A stretch of DNA of 64,000 bases. Source: a virus. Under the pieces are notes generated by a model. It worked only from the letters and a program-made list of their open reading frames with translations, was not told the origin of the DNA and did not search any database. Location of the stretch: positions 11,208 through 75,207 of IMG/VR virus record IMGVR_UViG_3300029875_000005. One strand, written 5' to 3'. Shown here piece after piece: positions 37,517 to 44,995 of this stretch (position 1 is its first letter; each line of letters opens with the position of its first letter). The position numbers and the translations under genes were made by a program.

Positions 37517-37726
37517 TTATTTACTTATTGATTTGATTAATTCTTCTTTTGTTTTAAACACTTCGCTTTCTTTCCTTGTTGGGAAAACTGCGAACTTATA
37601 CTGAATAGAGCAAGGTGCCTCGCCTATCTGCTGAAAGAATACGCCCACGATATTTGCATGTCGGATTTTGTACCCATCGAGCAGATAGACTGCGTCACCT
37701 ATATCGAACTTCGTCTTGATTTGCAT
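37517..37726 (-). CDS. Hypothetical small protein
   Basis: Start taken at MQIKTKFDIG to avoid a long overlap with the upstream gene. Confidence 0.45.
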   Translation of the reverse strand: MQIKTKFDIGDAVYLLDGYKIRHANIVGVFFQQIGEAPCSIQYKFAVFPTRKESEVFKTKEELIKSISK

Positions 37727-37742
37727 GATATGTTTCAATCCT

Positions 37743-39737
37743 TTATGACAAAAGCGAAATATGCTCAACCTTCAGTTTATCATCATTTGATACTACCAGA
37801 CGGATTTGCTGACCACCTGTGCTGAGCGGATGGTTAACGCTTTCGCATTCATCGAGCACAACAGGAACCGATACATCATAGAACTGACCGATAGTGCGCG
37901 CGATGTCGATTCCGGCATTCACCTTGGCGGCACCATTGAGGCGGCTGTAAGGCACACCATTGTGATAACATTCGCAATAAGGCTTTTTCTCACCATCGAG
38001 TTTTGGAAGGAACAGACTCCATTTTACGAAACGGAAGTGCTGATTAACCTTATCTTCGAGAGCCTTGCAAGACAACTGATAGAACTCGTTTGTGATGTTG
38101 AGTTTATCATCAATATCATCAAGCTGCTCCTGAAAGATGGCTTTATCCTTCTGCGCTGCTTCGATATGAGTCATTGTGTTGTCGTAAGATGCTTTTGAGG
38201 CGAGGAGTTCGAGGACTTCATCATATCTGTCAGAAAGCGGCTTTCGCTCTTCAGCGAGTGTTTGAAGTAACTTGTCATTATCCTCGTTGCTATCTGATGG
38301 TTTGTCGAGTTCTGCCTGCAACTCGCCAATCTCTTTCACTACCTGCTGATACTCTTCCTTGGAGGCAAGAATCTCCTCGTAGGTACTAGGAACATCTGCA
38401 TCAACATCTGCCTTATGCTTTTCAGCCTCTGAGAGGGCTTGGTGAGCCTTGACGAGCTGGTTTGTGGTGGTCTGACGATCATCATTCAGTTTATCCAACT
38501 CTTTGTTGAGTTCGGTGTATGCGCTTTGGAGTTTGGCAAACTCATTGTTGAGTTCTTTCATATCCTCAGCCTTGCGAGAATTGAACCGGTTCTGAGATTC
38601 CTGTTTAAGGAGCTGAACATCACCGAGAGGGAGAGCCTGACCGCAATGAGGACAGAAACCTTCCTTATCATCCCATTCCCAAGTGCGCTTGGCAATCTCA
38701 TCGCTGCGCTTGTTTAAGTCGCTAACCTTCTTCTTGCACTCTTCAATCTGAGCGTTTATCTGAACCTCAGTGGTAGGATAGCCACTCATAACTGCTTTGA
38801 GGTCTTCAACCGTAGATTCTGCCTTATTGAAGGCTGCGTTGGCGTTGAGAACATCGCTTTGATGCTTGGTCATGTTATCGGTAGACTCCTTGTCTGCGCC
38901 CTGCTCCATCATTCGCTTGCTTTTTTCGGCAAACTCAATCTTCTTGCGGATTCCGTCAAGGCGAACTCTATCTGCTCCACCTGTGCGAATCTGCTGAATC
39001 TTGTTGTCTATCTCTACCAGCTTTTCTTTCAGCTCAGTCTTTTCTTTCTCCATGACCTCCCAATCCTGCTTTGGTGGAAGGGTCTTGTCAAGTTCGGCAA
39101 GTCTGATAGGGACCGCATCGAGTTCCTTCTGAACTTCTGTGCGCTTGTGCTTGAGGTGGTGAAGGATGGCATCAATGTCTTTCTTTTCGAGGAGTTCAAC
39201 AAGATAATCATACTTCTCTTCGCCCTTCGTGATGTCTTCGACTGAAATGTCACCTGCCAACGACTGAAGGAATGCACGCTGATTCTGCCAAGTCATACCA
39301 AGGAACAGACTAGGACAGATGCACCACGAAAATGGGTCTTCTTGGAAGATGTCGTTAACTACTTTGCCGAAATCTCCGGCGGTAGTCAATTCTCCACCAA
39401 CATAGTACTTGAAGGTATTGGTGCATTTATCACCTTTCCACTTATCGGTCAGAACTCGCTTGAACGAGATTTCATCACCATCTACCAACATAACCAACTC
39501 GGATGAATGCTCTATCTCCTTGATAATATTGTGATTCTCATCGAAGGTTTTGATGTCGAGCTGCATGCCGTTGGTATCAGTACCGAATAATGTGTACATG
39601 ATGGCGTTACCGATAGTGCTCTTGCCTCTTCCGTTGTCTCCCGAGATAACGGTTAGGTCTTCTCCGAAATCGAAGACTCCGGCACGGATGCCACAGAAAT
39701 TTTGCAGTTTAAGTGTCTTGAATAGGATTTTCTTCAT
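37743..39737 (-). CDS. SbcC/Rad50-like AAA ATPase with coiled coil and zinc hook
   Basis: Walker A VISGDNGRGKST, a long coiled coil with central CPHCGQ, and C-terminal VVLDECES (Walker B/D-loop region). Confidence 0.75.
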   Translation of the reverse strand: MKKILFKTLKLQNFCGIRAGVFDFGEDLTVISGDNGRGKSTIGNAIMYTLFGTDTNGMQLDIKTFDENHNIIKEIEHSSELVMLVDGDEISFKRVLTDKWKGDKCTNTFKYYVGGELTTAGDFGKVVNDIFQEDPFSWCICPSLFLGMTWQNQRAFLQSLAGDISVEDITKGEEKYDYLVELLEKKDIDAILHHLKHKRTEVQKELDAVPIRLAELDKTLPPKQDWEVMEKEKTELKEKLVEIDNKIQQIRTGGADRVRLDGIRKKIEFAEKSKRMMEQGADKESTDNMTKHQSDVLNANAAFNKAESTVEDLKAVMSGYPTTEVQINAQIEECKKKVSDLNKRSDEIAKRTWEWDDKEGFCPHCGQALPLGDVQLLKQESQNRFNSRKAEDMKELNNEFAKLQSAYTELNKELDKLNDDRQTTTNQLVKAHQALSEAEKHKADVDADVPSTYEEILASKEEYQQVVKEIGELQAELDKPSDSNEDNDKLLQTLAEERKPLSDRYDEVLELLASKASYDNTMTHIEAAQKDKAIFQEQLDDIDDKLNITNEFYQLSCKALEDKVNQHFRFVKWSLFLPKLDGEKKPYCECYHNGVPYSRLNGAAKVNAGIDIARTIGQFYDVSVPVVLDECESVNHPLSTGGQQIRLVVSNDDKLKVEHISLLS

Positions 39738-40023
39738 TTTTATCTTTGTTTAAAGTTTCTTCTTTTTCTCTCAGTTCCTTATCGTATTCCTCGAATGCCT
39801 TTGCTGTAGCGTAGGTGAACTGGTCACTATTGCGCATGGCATTCAAGATAAGGTTTTTGAGGTCTTCGGGCGATGCGTGCATGAATGCGTATGCCTTCGG
39901 AATGGTTTTGTCACCCATGAGGACTATGCAACGAAAATGCTTTGCCTCATCCCCCATCTTGTCAACTATATCAAGTACCTTCTTGATATGATTGAAGAAA
40001 TTCTGTCTGATATTCTTTTTCAT
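39709..40023 (-). CDS. Hypothetical protein
   Basis: Start taken at MKKNIRQNF. The listed N-terminal extension is a translated hairpin. Confidence 0.5.
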   Translation of the reverse strand: MKKNIRQNFFNHIKKVLDIVDKMGDEAKHFRCIVLMGDKTIPKAYAFMHASPEDLKNLILNAMRNSDQFTYATAKAFEEYDKELREKEETLNKDKNEENPIQDT

Positions 40024-40033
40024 GATTTCGTTT

Positions 40034-40069
40034 TTTAAAAACCTGCCTATATCCTCACGGACGAGCAGG
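40034..40069 (-). terminator. Conserved hairpin + U-run (copy 1)
   Basis: The minus strand reads CCTGCTCGTCC-GTGA-GGATATAGGCAGG followed by TTTTT, 10 nt before the next ATG. Confidence 0.5.
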
Positions 40070-40107
40070 AAAAATAAATTTAAATTCAAAAAAAATAACG
40101 CTAAAAA

Positions 40108-40632
40108 CTAATTCTTATCTGTTGATCCTAAACCGCTACGAGTGCCGGTTACCTTGCCAAGTTCCAAGTTAGTATCTGGAACGTAAGTGAAGGCACCCTG
40201 GCAGATGCGTTGGGAATAAGGAATAACGAACTTGAAACCGAGCAGACGCATGATGCGATGCTTTAACCTCCATCTGCCCGACTTGACGATGGCATGGACT
40301 TCTTCGCCATAGCCGCAATCAATCAAACCAAGAATTACATCAAGGTTTGCTCTAACCTTGCCTAGATAGTCGCCATGAAAGAGCCATGAAGGGAAATAAA
40401 CATCTAACAACATTCCTTTGCCCGACATGCCACTACGTGGCTGAATCAGCATTTTCATATTTGAAGGAAGTTGTATCTTGAACCCAAGCGGAACGTAAAA
40501 GCGTTTATTTGGAATTACTTCCGTGTCCTTGCTGCAATGAAGGTCGTAAGCGGCATCCGTCTCATACGACTTCGTAGGGAAACACCCATGTGTTACCAAT
40601 TCTACATTGATTTTTGTACCTGATTTACTCAT
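40108..40632 (-). CDS. dut: dUTP diphosphatase
   Basis: All five dUTPase motifs are present: DAAYDL, QPRSGMSGKG, GLIDCGYGEEV, SQRICQ and GTRSGLGSTD. Confidence 0.85.
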   Translation of the reverse strand: MSKSGTKINVELVTHGCFPTKSYETDAAYDLHCSKDTEVIPNKRFYVPLGFKIQLPSNMKMLIQPRSGMSGKGMLLDVYFPSWLFHGDYLGKVRANLDVILGLIDCGYGEEVHAIVKSGRWRLKHRIMRLLGFKFVIPYSQRICQGAFTYVPDTNLELGKVTGTRSGLGSTDKN

Positions 40633-40643
40633 ATAATCTATTC

Positions 40644-41147
40644 TTATAAATGTTTCTGTTCTAAAAGTTTGTCTACTTCCTTCTGATAAAAGGATATCAA
40701 CTGATTATACTCGAAGAGTGACCAGTTCTTGTTTTCAGTTCTTGCCCTAACCTCTATCAAATCAACCCTCTGCTCGCCAATCTGCTTGATAAGCGCACGG
40801 CGATACATCTGAATATTGCCTTGATTGAAAATATTGCAAGCTACACATTGTGGCCGGCAGTTATCTTCGCTGAATCGGGTTGACATGTAACGTCTCGACA
40901 TGTAATGACCGTTCTGAATCTCTTTCCAAGGGAAAACCTTGCCGCAACTGATACATCGGCAATAACCTTTATCATCAGAATATTTCAGTCGAATATATTT
41001 GGAAAAGACTGCATCGAGTTTGTCTCTCAGCTTACTTTTGCTAAGTCCGGCTTTCGCCTTCTTCTTTTCCTGTTCCTTCTTGGCTTTATCCCAAGGAGTC
41101 TTCTTTATAGGTGTCCTCTTGAGAGGAGTTTTCCTTTTTAAACCCAT
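40644..41147 (-). CDS. ninG: NinG-family recombination protein
   Basis: FSKYIRLKY..CRCISCGK...QNGHYMSRRYMSTRFSEDNCRPQCVACN..QGN...Y is the NinG pattern. Start taken at MGLKRKTPL. Confidence 0.8.
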   Translation of the reverse strand: MGLKRKTPLKRTPIKKTPWDKAKKEQEKKKAKAGLSKSKLRDKLDAVFSKYIRLKYSDDKGYCRCISCGKVFPWKEIQNGHYMSRRYMSTRFSEDNCRPQCVACNIFNQGNIQMYRRALIKQIGEQRVDLIEVRARTENKNWSLFEYNQLISFYQKEVDKLLEQKHL

Positions 41148-41364
41148 ATTGCACGTAATTATCATTTGTAAAGTTTGAATACTCGCCCTCGGGCTTTCCG
41201 ATGTCTGAGGACACATTTTTAATCTTAGAGTTGAGGATATTTATTTTCCTCAGCTTTGACTCGAAAATTCCCAAGGGTGCCCAAGGGTTTCTTTCGAGTT
41301 CTCTGTATATTTCGAGAACCTTTCTCCGGTACTTGTGGAGAGTAGGTTCGGATAAATCTATCAT
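41086..41364 (-). CDS. Hypothetical protein
   Basis: Start taken at MIDLSEPTLHKY. The listed extension is a translated hairpin. Confidence 0.45.
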   Translation of the reverse strand: MIDLSEPTLHKYRRKVLEIYRELERNPWAPLGIFESKLRKINILNSKIKNVSSDIGKPEGEYSNFTNDNYVQYGFKKENSSQEDTYKEDSLG

Positions 41365-41385
41365 AAGCCATTGATTTTGAAGTTT

Positions 41386-41419
41386 AAGAAAAACCTGCCC
41401 ATCCTCACGGACGAGCAGG
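41386..41419 (-). terminator. Conserved hairpin + U-run (copy 2)
   Basis: The minus strand reads CCTGCTCGTCC-GTGA-GGATGGGCAGG. The 11-bp stem includes 2 G-U pairs, which would be C-A mismatches on the plus strand. TTTTT follows. Confidence 0.6.
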
Positions 41420-41499
41420 AAAGAATCAAAATTTTTTTTAAACAATGTTTGCTGCCGCTGCAGCGAATAATCATACACAACAAACAAATACATAATAGT

Positions 41500-41601
41500 C
41501 CACCTGTAGGATTCGGACCCAACTTCCCGATTTGATAAGAATGTATTAAGGATTTACACAAAACAGTTTCGGGCGTGCTAACCAATTACACCATCGGTGG
41601 A
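41500..41601 (-). ncRNA. tRNA-like element with a 38-nt insertion in the anticodon-arm position
   Basis: The minus strand reads TCCACCG-AT-GGTGTAATTGGTTAGCAC-G-CCCGA-(38 nt)-TCGGG-AAG-TTGGGTCCGAATCCTAC-AGGTGGA. The D-arm and acceptor are good, but the T-arm is imperfect and there is no 7-nt anticodon loop. Confidence 0.35.
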
Positions 41602-41984
41602 TAACGGCATCATGCGCCACCATGAATTTAAGAGCCATGCTCACCGTTTCAGCTATCAGTCATAAAGACTGATGCTCGGGGATGCGTACTTATTGAAATA
41701 ATAATTGCGCGTTCCCTTATAATGACTTAACACTATTCGACTTTACACTTTTCCAATATGTCAAAGAACTTATGCCCCAAAAGGGCAATGGGATTGTTCC
41801 GGAAACTGCTATATATAATAAGGTATAAAACGAAAGGTGCTGGTAGAATGCTCGACCACAACATTTCCTTCTGGTTCGTGGCGCATGAATTCAACGCAAA
41901 CAACTTATATTGCCACTGGGTCTATACCGCTCCACACCTAACGATTTCAAGAAACATTATAATAACAATATCCAAAACTATTTT

Positions 41985-42056
41985 GGGGATTCGAGGCGAG
42001 TTGAACGCCTTTGCTCGGGTTTCCCCGCTCACTCCGAGTGAGCTAGCTCGATTCCC
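41985..42056 (-). ncRNA. Cloverleaf-like element with canonical T-arm but no anticodon loop
   Basis: On the minus strand, an 8-bp closing stem (GGGAATCG/CGAATCCC, one A-A mismatch) encloses three hairpins. These are GCTCACT-CGG-AGTGAGC, CGGG-GAAA-CCCG and AGGCG-TTCAACT-CGCCT (a T-loop consensus). Confidence 0.4.
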
Positions 42057-42223
42057 ATGTATCACTCCTATGCTCACGCACAAGAGTGAATTGATAGTTT
42101 ACAAATAAGAAAAAGAGCCTTTCTTAAGCAATCGTTTAACTCTATGCTCACGCATATCCAATTTAAAACGCATTTTGTCTGAATAACTAATCTAAAAGTT
42201 CAACAGCCAAATATTTCACACAT

Positions 42224-42430
42224 TTACACACTCACTAGTTGTGGCACCTTAACAGGCTCTGCTCCGTAGCGATTCAGAGCACAGGAACGAATGTCCTGAG
42301 CCTGTTGGCTATTACTCCGGTAAGCAAGAGCATTGTAGACAGTAGTCTTGCCACAACCAAAAATTTTCATGATTTTAGGAATTTTATCTTTATCAATCAA
42401 TATTTTTTCTATTTTTACGACTTTATTCAT
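42224..42430 (-). CDS. Cro-like small HTH protein
   Basis: Start taken at MNKVVKIEK. The HTH is IMKIFGCGKTTVYNALAY. It is divergent from the cI-like gene. Confidence 0.55.
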   Translation of the reverse strand: MNKVVKIEKILIDKDKIPKIMKIFGCGKTTVYNALAYRSNSQQAQDIRSCALNRYGAEPVKVPQLVSV

Positions 42431-42441
42431 ATTATTTTTTG

Positions 42442-42502
42442 TAAATTTGCACCATAAATAAGTTTTGAACGAGTTTTGTTCTCGTTTACGGATGCAAAGA
42501 TA
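42442..42502. promoter_or_regulatory. Face-to-face promoters and palindromic operator of the lysogeny switch
   Basis: Plus-strand -7 box TAAATTTG (42442-42449), minus-strand -7 box TATCTTTG (42495-42502), and inverted repeat AACGAG-N7-CTCGTT (42468-42486) between them. Confidence 0.5.
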
Positions 42503-42543
42503 CATGTTTGTAGACAAATATCCAAGGATATAGGCATTAATTT

Positions 42544-42948
42544 ATGGTTAATTTACGTATTTACACAAATATAAACACTAGCAGTATGGAAGGATTAAGA
42601 GATAGAATCAACGAGGTAAGAGACCATTACAGGCTGACTAACAGAGGGTTTGCTGACGCTATCGGGGCAAAACCTGCTGCTACGAACAATTATTTGAACG
42701 GCACAAAGGAGCCTTCAATGGAGTTTATAAACAGAATACTGACTACATACGTAGACATATCAGCAGATTGGCTACTTTGTGGCAGAGGCAGTATGTTTTA
42801 CGATGCAGACAAGCAGACGGACGAAAAACTGCTGAAAGAACTAGCAGAAACAAAAGTAAAGTTGCTAGTACAGGAAGGAGTGGTTAAGGAGTTAAAGCAA
42901 ATCATCAGCGAGAAGATTGCTGAAAGAGACAAAAGCCTAGTTGGCTAA
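42544..42948 (+). CDS. cI-like XRE-family HTH repressor
   Basis: RINEVRDHYRLTNRGFADAIGAKPAATNNYLNGTKEPSMEFINRIL is a classic XRE HTH. It is adjacent to the integrase. Confidence 0.7.
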   Translation: MVNLRIYTNINTSSMEGLRDRINEVRDHYRLTNRGFADAIGAKPAATNNYLNGTKEPSMEFINRILTTYVDISADWLLCGRGSMFYDADKQTDEKLLKELAETKVKLLVQEGVVKELKQIISEKIAERDKSLVG

Positions 42949-42993
42949 TACGATAAAGGGGAGCCTTCTTTGCGAAGACTCCCCTTGGTTATA

Positions 42994-44127
42994 TTACATC
43001 TTTCCTTCGAGGGCATCGAAAGCAGATTGTACGTCCTTATTTAATGTACGTGCGTATCTAGTAGTTTGACGCAAGGTAGTGTGTCCAAGCACCCTTGCCA
43101 CAATGTTGATAGGCATTCCCTTAGACAGGAATAAGGTTGCCGCAGTCGCTCTACCCATGTGGGTATGCAGCCTGTCAACGCCAACCATCTGCCCGATCGC
43201 CTTCAGATAATCATTATACTTCTGATTCGTCATTCTAGGCAGCTTGAAGTCATACTTCTGTAGTATCTCCAGGGCAGGTTTGAGAAGTTGGAATACGAAA
43301 TCCGTATCTGTTTTCGTTCTCTTAGCGTGATAGAACATCTTGCCGCCAATCTCCTCGCAGTTAGTATAATCGAACGATGCAAGGTCAGAGTATGCAAGTC
43401 CGGTATAGCATTGGAAGAGGAACAAATCTCTTGCATGGAGAATATGAGGTGTTGAGAGTTTCAGTTTCTTGATGGCAGCAAACTGCTCTTCGGTGACACA
43501 ATCAACATACTGCTTTTCTCCCTTACCAATATGGAATGGCAGAAACTTATAAGGATTCTGCTCAATAAGTCCGTCTATCATCGCATCATTGATGAACAAC
43601 TTGAGATACTTGTGATAGTCATAGATTGTGCATTGAGCCTTATCCTGTCTGTGGAGATACTCATCCATTGAACGCACCTTCGATACGTTGCAGTCTTGGA
43701 ATGACTTTATCTTCCCCCACGTCTTCAGAAATTTGATAAAGACATCATAGCGTTTCTTGGTATGCTCGCACACCTTACGCTCATTTCGTCTTCTCTCGCA
43801 GTACTCGATGAAAGAAGTTCCTTCGTCTTCTCCGTTCATCTGTGAGATAACCACATTTAAGTCACAACAGCCTTCCTTAACCATCTTACTGATGATTTCG
43901 TTTGCTCTCGCGCGGTATGCCTGTATGATTTCATTCAGTTCATCCGCATCTTTTCTCTTGATAACCATCTTTGACGCATCAGACCATTGTGTAGTTGTCA
44001 CTTTCACGCCTGTGGAAAAGTACTTCCTTTGACGCTTGGCACAAAAGCATAATTCTACCGAAACTTCATGTTTTGAGGTCGCTCGCTTCAAACGATTGTG
44101 AATAATACTTAAATTAATTTTTGCCAT
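42994..44127 (-). CDS. int: Tyrosine recombinase / phage integrase
   Basis: R...CYTGLAYSDL...HTHMGRATAATLFLSKGMPINIVARVLGHTTLRQTTRYA carries the R-H-R-Y catalytic pattern. Start taken at MAKINLSII. Confidence 0.9.
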   Translation of the reverse strand: MAKINLSIIHNRLKRATSKHEVSVELCFCAKRQRKYFSTGVKVTTTQWSDASKMVIKRKDADELNEIIQAYRARANEIISKMVKEGCCDLNVVISQMNGEDEGTSFIEYCERRRNERKVCEHTKKRYDVFIKFLKTWGKIKSFQDCNVSKVRSMDEYLHRQDKAQCTIYDYHKYLKLFINDAMIDGLIEQNPYKFLPFHIGKGEKQYVDCVTEEQFAAIKKLKLSTPHILHARDLFLFQCYTGLAYSDLASFDYTNCEEIGGKMFYHAKRTKTDTDFVFQLLKPALEILQKYDFKLPRMTNQKYNDYLKAIGQMVGVDRLHTHMGRATAATLFLSKGMPINIVARVLGHTTLRQTTRYARTLNKDVQSAFDALEGKM

Positions 44128-44175
44128 TTTGATAACACATTTTTTACAAGGTGATAACACATTGATAACACACCT
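44128..44175. repeat. Three direct GATAACACA repeats abutting the int start
   Basis: ttttGATAACACAttttttacaaggtGATAACACAttGATAACACAcc. A fourth GATAACA lies at 44479. Confidence 0.7.
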
Positions 44176-44467
44176 TCCGATTCAACAATTTGCGTGAATA
44201 ATACAAACCGTTGTGATTCAGATAGTTATACCCAAAATGCGTTTAAACCAGTTTTAAACCAGTTTAGAAAATCAATCTTTATGACATATCTCTTTAAAAA
44301 ACAAAAAGCAATCTATATAAGTATCTGTTATTCAATACGTTATATAGACTGCTTATTTGATTTTTTCTTGACTAAACGTTGCGTTTTTACGCCTAAAAAG
44401 TGATTCCGTTGGGGTCACAACCAATTTCTCACAAAACTGTCTATATCAGCCACTTATCTTTCGGGTG

Positions 44468-44475
44468 CAAAGATA
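44468..44475 (-). promoter_or_regulatory. Host-type -7 box TATCTTTG pointing toward int
   Basis: The reverse complement of caaagata lies inside the inverted repeat TATCTTT-N7-AAAGATA. Confidence 0.4.
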
Positions 44476-44539
44476 GTGATAACATTTTTATAGCACAAAT
44501 TTTTCATTACTTTTTAACTATATTTTGCAAAAGTTGAAA

Positions 44540-44571
44540 TTTGGCGGTTTCAAATACTTTTCTTACTTTTG
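44540..44571 (+). promoter_or_regulatory. Strong host-type promoter (-33 TTTG, 20-nt spacer, -7 TACTTTTG)
   Basis: Both consensus elements are present at canonical spacing. Confidence 0.6.
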
Positions 44572-44578
44572 CACTCGT

Positions 44579-44687
44579 CAATGTGACGATTGATATAAGA
44601 CTTCGATATTCAACCTGTATTCAATAGGTTCAATATAAATCACGAAATCCCTAGGTCGGCGTCACACGACTTGGGGATTTTTATTTT
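44579..44687 (+). ncRNA. ~105-nt terminated transcript (sRNA or cis-regulatory leader)
   Basis: A promoter lies at 44540-44571. A 12-bp hairpin (44647-44678: ATCCCTAGGTCG-N8-CGACTTGGGGAT) plus TTTTTATTTT closes the unit. It contains no ORF. Confidence 0.5.
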
Positions 44688-44995
44688 CCCCGAGTTTTTG
44701 GCGGTCATGGTAGTTTGTCGGTTAACTCCACTCGGCTACGCTGACTTTAAACCCAAGTCGCAAGAGGACGCATGGCGACATCGCAGGATTTGATAGCAGA
44801 AGGCGAGCAAGGCGGTAACTACACCGAAAGCTGCTTAGGTCAACTGATGTAGATTATCAAGTGACCAGATGATGGGGGTGATTGCCTCAGCGGAAATAAT
44901 TTTTTGTGTGCTATCGCATACGTGTGCGATAAGGGGGATTCTAGAATCCGAAGGCTCTTAGCCTAGCGGTTTTAACATTAAAAATAAAAATAGTT

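Noticed and set aside
39709-40089. N-terminal extensions containing 'LLVRED' in ORFs 39709..40089 and 41086..41493, which could look like a shared protein domain
   Set aside because: The similarity comes from translating the conserved hairpin/U-run element. The true starts are the downstream Mets at 40023 and 41364.
41500-41601. Calling a canonical tRNA gene (and an amino-acid identity)
   Set aside because: No 7-nt anticodon loop can be drawn, the T-loop reads TCC rather than TTC with a stem mismatch, and the first pair is T1-A72. I report it only as tRNA-like.
41758-42108. Listed 116-aa plus-strand ORF in the 41.5-42.2 kb gap
   Set aside because: It is on the opposite strand to all neighbouring transcription and has no promoter or start context. 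It is built from the hairpin-rich sequence (it translates the cloverleaf and repeats), so I treat it as non-coding.
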